Position numbers and translations under genes: made by a program. 64,000 nucleotides of DNA from Microbotryum violaceum (Eukaryota), in the NCBI GenBank assembly GCA_001244265.2, contig CDLV01000004.1:248001-312000 (forward strand). The letters are read 5' to 3'. The notes under the pieces were generated by a model. That model worked only from the letters and a program-made list of their open reading frames with translations. It was not told the DNA's origin and searched no databases. Numbering within the stretch: position 1 is the first letter of the stretch; the number at the start of each line of letters is the position of its first letter. Shown here one piece after another: positions 1 through 29,751 of this stretch.

Positions 1-552
1 ACTCGACCTGCAATAGATACATAAAGACATGATTTGCTCTCGACACATGTTTGCAGTATTGCAAAATATTCTCCTACCAGAACTGAAGCTATACTGATGA
101 TTCAATTGAGCACTCATGACAGGGGCTATTCTGACAGATCCATTTGCGCCGCCCTCCCTTTCCCCTTCCCGTGACCCTGAGGCGTTCTCGGATCACGTAG
201 AATTTTGATGCTAAATACCCTCCCAAAGCGATCACAAGTTACAGTCAACTGGTTGTTCCAGATGTCCACAACATTCTGGATATTCCATGCTCGTGCAATC
301 TCCATTTCTCAAAATAGCACTGCCCAAGATCCGATCGTAAAACATCCTCAACCGAGTGTCGTAGATTGCAGTAGTTGCTGTGCGGCGACGTAAGAAGGAA
401 ATGCGCCTCTTGCGCCTACGGACAGAGTGGGACTTAGACAAATTTTGGGAGCAAGGCGCGAGTCGCCGCGCGCGGCGCGCCGACTCAACTGGCGCGCGAA
501 TCGGGCCTTTGCCAGGACGTGGGCGCAAGCGCCGTCACGGCCAAGTGACTCG

Positions 553-2485
<1,933 letters not shown>

Positions 2486-2488
2486 TGA

Positions 2489-2956
<468 letters not shown>

Positions 2957-2959
2957 TGA

Positions 2960-3205
<246 letters not shown>

Positions 3206-3208
3206 TAG

Positions 3209-4015
<807 letters not shown>

Positions 4016-4018
4016 TGA

Positions 4019-5095
<1,077 letters not shown>

Positions 5096-5098
5096 TGA

Positions 5099-9399
<4,301 letters not shown>

Positions 9400-9737
9400 T
9401 GAATGGTGTCCCTTGGAGCCTTGACCAGTGGGAGTGTTGTGGGAAATTAGTGGGGTCTGCGGTCCAGAGGGACTTATGGTCTCAGCAGTGGCGCGGGCGC
9501 GTGGGTGTTGTGCGGGGGACCGGTAGAGGTGGCAGAGGCGGCTAGTTGTTTACATGAGATTGCATCTTTTTTGGCCAAGCTGTTTTTTCTCTCTTCTCCA
9601 CCATGCACTCGATATCACATCTCGCCTAGTCGCTCTGTTACAGTCGATTGACCTTTAGCGACTCACTGTCTCACAATAGGTCATCCATCGACGCCACGTA
9701 ACTAGAGACGCTCCTACAACAACACTACCCTCACAGC

Positions 9738-11190
9738 TTCCTCCGTGTACCAAAGCACGGAGGTACCATGTACGGACTTTGATCAAGGTCACATCAAAGA
9801 ACTCCAACAAAGATATCAAAACCAGCGCGTGACGCTAGCATCAATCGGTCCCAATACTACTGCCATCATCAAACTGCCAGCAGGCCACTTCGGCCAAACA
9901 GTAATGACTGAAAACGGAACGCACCCTTTGGTCGTGACATTCTTTGGAAAAGTTGCAACGTTGGACCCCTCTTCAGGAAAGCCACCAGTTTAGTGAGTTG
10001 TCACAAGACAGGCCGTTCTTTCTTCTCAAATTTCTTCGATCAGGCTCATAGCTCACATCCATGTCTGAAATAATTGTACAGCATAACCAATGTAGACGAT
10101 TTGAAAGGACCCCATGAGCTTGGCCGCCAGATAGGGCTGGAGCTTTTCGAATCTGAAGCCATTGTTGCAAACGGCCTCCACGTCTTATGCTCCAAGTTTA
10201 GCGACGGTATAGGCTCTGTTTGTAATGTTGCAGCTGAATCCGGTAAGCCTACTCGAGCTACTGACCAAGAGTACGGCAGCCGCTGACACAATCACATATG
10301 TCATCTCTTTGTTCCACAGCCATCCCATTTACCGCCTCATCCTCGAAGTCAAATCTCCGGATAGTATTTCTGCACCACAATTTGGTCACCCCGGAACAGT
10401 AAGTACTGGCTGCGCGATATCGAAAAGACAGGAGAATCTGGAAGATGTGTACTGACATCAACACGATAGGTATTGGGATAATGTGACAGGAGGAGAACAG
10501 AAGCCGGGACATCAGCAACTTTGCCACTTGCGCTTTAGTGCCATTTAGTACCATTTAGCGCATTTTAGTGACATTCAGCTCGTTTTCTATAATCCCCGGT
10601 GCGCCAAATTGCACTAAGCGCGAGTGGCAAAGTTGCTGATGGAGAACAGGAATATCCGCCGGTGCCAATGTGGGAGGCAGGGCTCGACACCCAAGCGTAC
10701 CGTGCATTGTACGCGGAAGCACGCGATGGGTTGTACCGAGGCAAGAAATGCCTCAAGGCATACCCAACTCCACTTCCGGTTGTAATCGATGGTCATGAAG
10801 GACGGACTTTTAGCCACACCATCCTCAAAAAGGGTGACTGTTGTGGGGTCATGTGCATGATAGTAGGGCGGACGTGGAAAAGCAAGAAAACTGGAGGCAT
10901 GGTGGGGAAGGTGGACTTTGTACCGTTGAAAATACGTGTTCATGGGAGCTTCAATGTAAGTGCGTCTGAAAGTCTCAAACCCCGTAACCAACAATTGACC
11001 GGTTCCCAACTTGTGGCAGCAGTTGTTTACAACAGGGTCGTTTGCATCAACGTCAACCAAGGCACCGGAAACCAAGCTCGCGATGCCAATCAAGCGTTCC
11101 GCTTTGAATGTCGAACTTGATGTCGGTGACACCGACTCAGAAGACTCGGAACTTCTGTCCAGTCCTCCAACGAAACGCCAGAAAACATAG
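9738..11190 (+). CDS. Spliced unknown protein at the 3' end of Helitron-1 (5' exons missing; interrupted by a MITE)
   Basis: Exons about 9738-9992, 10082-10241, 10320-10398, 10470-10955 (minus MITE) and 11023-11190 with GTRAG..YAG introns give one continuous frame ending DTDSEDSELLSSPPTKRQKT*. Confidence 0.7.
10510..10641. mobile_element. 132-bp MITE, CATCAGC TIR family
   Basis: TIR CATCAGCAACTTTGCCACT...AGTGGCAAAGTTGCTGATG; 2-bp TSD GA; removal restores the frame QKPG-EQEYPP. Confidence 0.9.
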
Positions 11191-11242
11191 ACAAAAGCAG
11201 CGTAGAACCATAGGCATCTGCAATAATGTAACAGAAATGTGA

Positions 11243-11273
11243 GGTGGCGCGCAGAGCGCGCCACCCAACCTAG
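11243..11273 (+). other. Helitron-1 3' terminus (hairpin plus CTAG)
   Basis: GGTGGCGCGC-AGA-GCGCGCCACC stem, then CAAC-CTAG followed by T. Confidence 0.9.
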
Positions 11274-11494
11274 TCTTCTATCTTCTATCTTCTATCTTCT
11301 TCTATTATTATATTATATATATATTATACTAAATGAAGCGCGCCACCCAACCTAGTCTTCTATCTTCTATCTTCTATCTTCTTCTATTATTATATTATAT
11401 ATATATTATACTAAATGAAGCGCGCCACCCAACCTAGTCTTCTATCTTCTATCTTCTTCTATTATTATATTATATATATATTATACTAAATGAA
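11256..11494 (+). repeat. Three tandem ~82-bp copies of the Helitron 3'-to-5' end junction
   Basis: Units 11256-11337, 11338-11419 and 11420-11494: half hairpin, CTAG|TC, (TCTTCTA)n, AT-rich tract. Confidence 0.92.
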
Positions 11495-14128
11495 TATGTC
11501 GAGACAAATAATCTTCTAGAACAAAAGACAAACCACGTGGTGTGACGTCATCAGCAGCTCTCGGTCCAGCGCGTCCCCACGGCCCAGCTAGCTAGCGCGG
11601 TTTTAGCAGGGGTCGGCCAGTGACAGCCCGTTTCCTCTACGTTCGCCGAGGTTCTATTTTCCATCAAATCAATGACTCTGGCTCAGACGACCTGTCTTGC
11701 GTGTCTACCACATCGTAGCGTAGTTACTTCGAGCATCTACTTCCTGCCACTGTCGAAATGTCATCTGTAAACTTTCATGTACAGAAGACTCTCCACTACA
11801 AATCTTCATGGAGAGGACAGGGGCAGCCAAGACGTCGCCAATGTGAGTGAGGTCAGCGCGCCGTCCGCGAGGCTGAGAGGGCCGCCAACAAGGCTGCTTC
11901 GCGCTATGTGCAAAGGGGGAGGAAATCATCAGCCCAGACCTCACGCATGAGGACAGTAAAAACTTGAATGTATGGATGCCCGCCGCCTTCGCGCTCCTCC
12001 GCCCAACCCGACTTCCGCTCTAATCACACAGACGCCGCCGCCAACAACCACTGCAACTGCCGACATGTCATCTGCTAACTTTCATGTGCCGTTTCCTCAA
12101 CAACAACCTTCACGTAGAGCACAGGGGCAGCAAAGACGTCGGCAACGTGAGCAAGCTGAGCGCGCCGCCCGCGAGGCTGCAGGCGCCCCTCCGCACAACC
12201 TGACTCCCGCTCTAATCGCACAGACGCCGCCGCCAGCAACCTCGAACAATCCCCGAAGCTCAGCGGCAACGATGCCTTCGCCAGAAGCAGCAGCGCGAAA
12301 CCGATCAAGACGACGTCGCGCAAACTGGTTCGTCAAGTCAACTGCACCGGCAGCAGGCAGTCTCAATGTCGCACGGCAAGTACAACGGGCCCGCACTTCT
12401 TCACCTCCATGCTTGAGATTCGTTCGTCCACTTGAACCAGTTCCGGACCTCGGGTAGCGTCGGCCAGTGCGCCAATGCCGCCGTTAGGGGCCCCGCCTGC
12501 GTGTCACGGGCCTTCACTCCACGACGTTCCGCGGCCTTCCATAACATTCTATGAGACCGGTTCAAACTAAGGCGCAGGATTCTCCATCTTTCTCCCTCCT
12601 GCTCTTCACACCTTGCCCATCGCACCTCATCCCATCGCCACCTCGAGCTCACGACATCCGAAGCGGTCGTCGTGGAAGCTCTGCAACGAATACGGGATCA
12701 AGAAATGCCTGCCGCATGCAACATAGCTACGAATTCGAGTGAGTAACTTCATGAACTGTGCTCTTGGTGTGGAATTGTTCAGAAGCTAATGGGTTACTAC
12801 CAAGCAGAAATTCCCTTCAACACATCCTCTTCGAGTGTCAACCCCCGAGTTGTTTCTTCACCGTCAGCTGGTGACATTGCATACGTGAGTCCTCCCTTGA
12901 CATGGCTGTGCAGTCTTAGATATGACGGAAAAACTGATACGAGAAACAGACATTGCACGTCAGTGAAACAGCGGAAGGATTGACTTCGTACGGTTGAAGA
13001 TCCGCCGGGTCATTGGGACACTAAATGTGAGCCTTCACTGCCATTGCTACAGATGGACAACAGCAAGAATACTGACAGTCGAATCACGCAAGAAAACAGG
13101 CTCCGGTTGCGTGAATTGCGGCTCACCATCCCGTGGCAGTCGTGTTGGCAGGTATGTGCCAGCCTTTCAACAGCAAAGCGCAGGGCAGCATGACTAACCG
13201 ACCGGTTGGACTGTAACATCACAGGGGATCCGAAGCAATGCCTTCCCGTTATTCCACGGCTCGGTTCGGTGGAGTGACCGTCGTGTTGGCAGGTGTGTGC
13301 CATTCTTTCAAAAGCAAAGCGCAGGGCAGCATGATTAACTGACCGGTTCGACTGTAACACCACAGGGCATCCGAAGCCATGCCTTCCCGTTGTTCTCAAG
13401 TCATCGCCTACACAAATTGTCGACGCTTGCATCATGAAAGCTGACTTCTAGGGGGCAAGTTGAGGTGCCGCATCTCTCTGTAAGTCGTAGCCCTTGCCTG
13501 ACTTTTAGACCCTATACTAACAGCGGCACGGTGCGAGCGCAGACCAACAATGCGTCTTCTGGCCGCTGCAGACCGCATGACCGAAACGGAACGGGCAAAC
13601 ATACAGGACTTTGTCGAGCCGTCTTCAACTCCTAAGAGCCAATCTGCAAACAGCTCGACCTGCTGCCGGGTGACGCTCAAACGTTCTACAGCGCGGATTT
13701 GGACGCCTTCGCAGGCAGCAGCAGCGCGAGATAGATCAACACAACGTCACGCAAACTGGTTCGTCAAGTCTATCTGCACCGGCAGTAGGCATTCTCACCG
13801 CCAACGTGTCAAAGGATTGACTTTGTACGGTTGAGAATCCGGGTCATTGGGACACTAGATGTGAGTCTTTACTGCCATTGCTACAGATGGACAACAGCAA
13901 GAATACTGATAGTTGCACAACATCTCGGAGGTCTGAAGGCCAGCAACGACGAAGGCTCGAGCAAGAGCACTCCGGTCTGGTCCCACACAGTTCTTCGCCG
14001 AACCCTGCCTCTACCGCATCAACATCTACGAAGCATTCTACTTCCAGAAGATCTAGTGCACGCCGACGTCCAGCCGCCACACAGTCACCGATGGCACTGC
14101 GTCCACTGCCGGAGGATCAACTTCATCC
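11274..14128 (+). mobile_element. Helitron-1 non-autonomous copy, 3'-truncated
   Basis: Starts TC after CTAG; homologous to 47886-49266/53822-54068 and 54069-56001 (minus); two 141-bp repeat units near 13135-13395. Confidence 0.8.
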
Positions 14129-14655
14129 CTCAAGCCTTTCCCGTTGACGACATCTTTGCTGACCTTGAGACCTTCTAGAGATCGCAGCGTTCACAGGTGG
14201 TGGATCCGTTGGATGAAGTTGATCCTCCGGCAGTGGACGCAGTGCAATCGGTGACTGTGCGGCGACATACACCGGGAAAGAGTGGACGTCGGGCGTTGGC
14301 TGGGGTGGAGGTGATTGATTGATAGAATCAATTTGCTGCCTTTCCCTGAGTCTCCGCAATTGTTGTGCCCTAGATCTTCTGGAAGTAGAATGATTCGTCG
14401 ATGTTGACGCGGTAGAGGCAGGGTTCGGCGAAGAGCTATGTGGGACCGGACCGGAACAATCTCGCTCGAGCCTTCGTCGTTGCTGGCCTTCAGACCTCCG
14501 AGACGCCGTGCTCACTGGCGGTGGATTCATTTCATAACGTCGATTAGAATTTTTAAGGATACGATGTGGTAGACACGCAAAACAGGTCGTCTTAGTCTGC
14601 TTCGGGAAGCAGAAGGTCACGCACCAGGCTGCTTTGATGGGAAATGGAACCTCGG
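14129..14655 (-). mobile_element. Helitron-1 fragment, inverted; continues at 29630-29750 beyond Gypsy-A
   Basis: GCTGCTTTGATGGGAAATGGAACCTCGG matches the Helitron sequence flanking Copia-D; split by Gypsy-A with TSD CTCGG. Confidence 0.78.
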
Positions 14656-14929
14656 TGTAATACACCCCGTAGGAGTGTACACCAGAGAGCGACAACGAGA
14701 GTATCACAGGACCAAAGTATGTGGAATTAACACTGCACACTCGTGTTAGTCACTACAATGACTATGACTTCTGATCCACCATAGGCTCACCTGGACACTC
14801 GTGTTAGTCGCTGAGGGGAGACTAAGAGTGTCCAGGCGCGCGCTCCCTTCTCATAAGGCCCAGGCGCACGGGCCTTACACTCTCCACCACCTGAACCAAA
14901 CTCCCTCCCCTCCCCTCTCTACACGCTCC

Positions 14930-19336
<4,407 letters not shown>

Positions 19337-21406
19337 TCACTAAACAAACGCGCGCTTCTAATCAAATAACCAATAGCCGCCTTCCTGCAATCCTCATTCA
19401 CAACACGCCAACTCGCCCCTTCACGCGATGAATCTATAAGCCCCATCGCGTGTACAAACTGATAGTGCTTCTGTGTCCCGAGCCCCTTGGTGAGGACGTC
19501 CGCAGCCATGGTGCCCGTGGGCACCCAGACCATCTCGATTGTGCCTTCCGCGATGTGGTCCCGGATGAAGTGAAAGTGGATGCCAATATGTTTGGTACAA
19601 GCATGGAAAGCCGGGTGCTTGGCCAGAGTGATGGCGGACTGGTTGTCACCCCGCAAACGAGTCGGAGCGGTCTGCTCGAAGCCAAGATCCGCAAGCAAAC
19701 GAGGTAACCAAATCCCCTTGCGAGCGGCGTATGACATGGCCACATACTCGGCCTCGGTACTGGAGAGGGTGACGAGAGTCTGTTGCTTGGCGATCCAAGA
19801 GATAGCCCCACCAGCGCACATGAACATGTAGCCCAAGACGCTCCGGCAAGTGACCGGGTCGGTGCCATGATCAGCATCGACAAATCCCTCCAAGATTGCC
19901 GACATAGGCTGGAAGGACTTCTGATAGCGGATGCCAAAATTGCGGGTACCGACAAGGTAGCGCAGGATGTGTTTGAGTGCCTCCCAATGCTCCGCCGTGA
20001 AGTCATTGCAGAAACGAGCAGCCTTTGAAACGGCGAACGCGATGTCGGGTCGGGTGGTGCCAGAGAGGTATAAGAGCTTGCCTACAATGGCGCGATAGGG
20101 GATCAAGGCAGGATCAAAACCGGAGTCAGCGCAATTCCTCAGAGTCGACGGAGCCGCAAGAGGCGTGGGGCGGGGGGAGGCATTGGCCATGTGGTGTTCC
20201 TCGAGGATGGCATCGACGAAATGTCCCTGGTTGACGCTCGCAGCACCCGTCTTGCCCTCACAACGGATGCTCTGGCCGAGGAAGAAGGAAGCCTCGTCGG
20301 TGCTGCGAGCTTCGAACCGAGCCTTGAGCTGACAGAGCATGCCGTCGAGATCCCCGTCACCCGTGAGCAGACCGTCGTCAACATGAATGGAGAGGAAAGA
20401 CTGTCGATCCCCCTCTTTGCAAACGAAAACGGCATGGTCACTGTCGGTGCGGGTGAAGCCAATGGACAGGGTCCATTCAGTGAAGACCATGTACCACTCG
20501 CGGCCCGCCTGAACAAGGCCGTAGAGAGCGCGCTGCAAGCGCACAATATCGCCCCCGGGTAGTCGCATATAGATCTCGGTCCCGCCGAGGTTGCCGTTGA
20601 GGTACGCAGACGAGACGTCGAACTGACGGGTCTCCCACTCGTTCTCGACGGTGAGGGCAAGTAACAGTCGATGGGAAGTGGCTCGACCTTTGGGCGAGAA
20701 CAAATCGATATGCACCCCCTGACGTCTTTGCATGTCCCCGCGCGCAACAAGTCGAGCTTTGTACTTGACAATTTGACCCTCCGCATTGCGCTTGACGAGG
20801 AGCACCCACATGCTCCCGATGACAATGGCCCCGGGCGGGGGTCAAACCGGCTTGGAGAACGTGTTCTTAGCGGCAAGAGCTCCCTCCTCCACCGACATGG
20901 CGGCCAGCCAGTAATCACAAAAGGGGCTAGTGAGGGCGGCCTGGACCGAAGGAGTGTCATTGCTGTCGATCTTGGCGAGGAGTGCAGAGACTTCCTCAAA
21001 CGAGTACATCTGCGTGTCAGGGTCACCTTCATCGAAGTCATCAAACTGGATGGCCGTGTGGTTGGCAAACTCCCAATGCTGTGCCGTGTGAGCAAATCCG
21101 AGGTAGTCAGGCGGACGGCGGGTCCGGGCGGAGCGATCACCATCGGGCGGTGCGTTTCGGGCGGTGCGTTTGCCAGGCCAGGGTTCGAAAATGCGAGGGC
21201 GGGCGGAACGGGTGGCGGAGCGGCGGCAGCGGGAGCCACGGCCGGCGCTTCGGCGACAGGGGGCGCAGCGGCGGAACCAATGCCGAGCGGCGCGGGCGGG
21301 TAAGACAAACCGACTGCAACAGGGATGGCAGGCATGGCAGGGCTCACCGCAGCGGGAAAGAAACAGTCCTCAATGAACCTGGCCTGAGACAACTCAAAGA
21401 CCTTGT

Positions 21407-26461
<5,055 letters not shown>

Positions 26462-29088
26462 CTTGTTGCGAACCGGATCGAAGAAGCGCCAGGCCTTGGA
26501 TCGCAAGGAGTAGCCAACAAAGTAGCAGAGGCGGGATTGCGGGGCCAGCTTGTTGGGACGTTGCTCGGGGCGAGCGGCACGTGAACGGCACAGCCCCAGG
26601 TCTTGACACGGTCGAGGCAGGGGCGGCGGGTGTCCGTGACCGGGTCCGAGGGTTCGTGCAGCACAGAGTCTGGGGTGCGCTGCTGGAGCGGCGACGAGGG
26701 AGCAGATTTATGACGTAGATTGCGGCGTGCGCCGCTTCATCCCAAAGTGCGGGAGGCAGTCCTGAGCGATGGAGCCAGGCGCGAACGGAGTTGAAGATCG
26801 TTTGCCAGCTGCGTTCCTGAACGCCCATCTGGCCGTTCTTGTACGCTGTGGAGAGCTCGTGGAAAATGCCCCACGCGGCGAGCCAATCCCGGAGCCTGTG
26901 GTTCACAAACTCGCCCCCTCTGTCCGTGCGCAGCATCGTGACACCCTGGCCCCCGTACTGGGTCTTTGACATCGCAACAAAATCCTGAAGGACGGCTGAC
27001 GAGTCACTCTTGAGCCGGATGCTGCGAGCCCAGCGGAAGCGCGAAAACTCGTCCGTGATGCCGCAGAGGTAATGAGCACCCGAAAGTGCGGGCACAGGGG
27101 AAGGACCCCACACGTCGGCAAAGACACGGGAGAAAGGTGCGTCCGCGGGGTGGCTCACGGGTTCCCGGTTTGGGGAAGAGACGGTTTTGCCGGCGCAACA
27201 AGCATTGCACTGATCGAGGAGGCGAATCTGATTCGGAGTTACAGCTGCTACATTGAGTGGATTTGACCCGACCTAACAAGCTCTACCAAACGACCCCAAG
27301 AAGGATGACCCAAGCGCTGATGCCAAAGCACTACGTCTGTAGGCAAGGTGGTGGCAGTCAGCGCCAGGTGATCCACCCGAGGAGGTGGGTGAGAACTTGC
27401 CTGAAGCACGTAGTGGTTGCAATTGAGGGCGAAGTAAAGGCGGGAGGTCGCGCTCGAGATCGCGATCCCGGTATGTTTCCCAGCCGTGTCGCACTCGTTG
27501 GATAGCTCATACCCGTCCTTCATCAGGCCCGCGAGTGAGACGAGTTCAGCGGACAGACCGGGGACGAGGAGGACGTCGTGGAGCTCGATGGACGCTTTGT
27601 CAACACCGAACCGGAGAGTGCCCGTACCGGTCGCCATGGCACTGGAGTTGAAGGCGCCGACGACCCGGACGCGCTCCGTGGTGAAGGGCTTGAAGTCGAT
27701 GAGGAGGTCCCGGCGAGTCGTCATGTGGCGGGTCGCACCCAAATCAAGCAAGTAGCGCGGGATGTCGCTCAGGTACAGCGCCGTGTCGTCGTCACCAATG
27801 GGTACGCCGACAACAAAGTATCCCTTGTAGGCCTCGTCCTCGAGCTGAGCCTCGGGTGCACAGTCGACGGCGACGAGCGCCATTACGTCGGCCGCGCCAA
27901 TGGTGATGTTGTGTTTGGCGAGAACAGCGATGCGGCAACAAGAGACCTCTGCCGACGGCACCGTGCATTCGTCGCCAAGATGTCCCTGCTTGTAGCATCT
28001 TCTGCACTGCATCCGACCCAGTTTCAGGCGACCAGCGTGCGAGATCCCGTGAGGCCACCTCTCCTTCAGGCCGGGCACCCTCGAGGCCTGAAGGAAGGGG
28101 GGCGCCAAGGGACCGGAAGGATGGCCCGAGGGTTTCGAGCGAGGACGACCCGAGGCTGGCTGACTCCGAGACTGCACCCGTGCCGCTAATGCCTCCGCGA
28201 TGGGCTCGATTTGCTGTCTCAACAAAAGTGCGGCCCTACGTATCGCGCCCTCAACTTGCTCGAGCAATGGGAGCGTTCCGATGGAGTCGACAACCGTCAC
28301 GAGGTTCCTCGGCATCCTAGCCTTCAAGAGGTCCATGCAAACGCCCTCGGACAGCGCGGGCGGTGGTACCCACTTGTCAAAATCGCTCTGGGTAAACGAT
28401 GTGCCGTCGATCCTGGCGCGTTGATAGGCTTTGTCACGGGAGACGTGGGCGGCGACGAGGTCCTCAAACAACCGGTTGGAGTCAAATGGCTCACACAAGA
28501 AGAGGGTGTCGAGCTTCGCTGAGCGCATGAAATCGTCCGAAGCGCGACCGAGATCCTTATCGAGCGCGGCCCACAAGTCGTGCGTGGCGTTGGCTTTGAC
28601 GCGGGCGAAGGTGGACTCCCCCAAGCATACGATTAGCGTGTTGCGCGCCTGCGCAAGGGCCTGATCGAGAGCGTCGACATCCTGACGGTACAATCGAAGT
28701 TGGTTGCGATAGGTGGCCACATCGTCTACCCGGTTGTCGCCCTCCAAGCGAGTGAACTCGGACTGCAAAGGCTCGGGGCCGACGTCTAGAACACCGGTGA
28801 CGTGCTTGAGGCGGCCCTCGCCTTTCAGGACGTTCTGAAGTCGCTCCCTGGCAACACCCCAGTTGGTGGCGTCGACTTTGCCGTATAGGTCGCCCATCAG
28901 ACTGATGTGGTCAGCCGTGGGAGTCGCCATCTTGGATATGCGCTGCGTCTTTTCTGCGTGCGGATCTGTGCCTTGCGGCAATACAGACGCTACCAAATAA
29001 GAGACTGACGAGCGTGTAATCCAACCGTCAGTTAATTGCATATGATAGTAGCCGTAGTGCTAGATGTACGTACCTGACGAGCGTGTAA

Positions 29089-29550
<462 letters not shown>

Positions 29551-29751
29551 TAGTCGCTGAGGGAGACTAAGAGTGTCCAGGCGCGCGCTCCCTTCTCATA
29601 AGGCCCAGGCGCACGGGCCTTACACTCGGCAAACGGCAAACGTAAGCGAATCGGAAACAGCGCTAGCGAGCTGGGGCCTGTGGACCGAGAGCTGCTTATG
29701 ACATCACACCACGTGGTTTGTCTCCCGTTCTCTGACGTTCTTCAATGTTGA

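Noticed and set aside
1-530. Transposase exon
   Set aside because: No DDE or other motif recognised; frames are interrupted.
11256-11494. CRISPR-like repeat array
   Set aside because: Units are identical without unique spacers, the context is eukaryotic, and the Helitron junction explains it.
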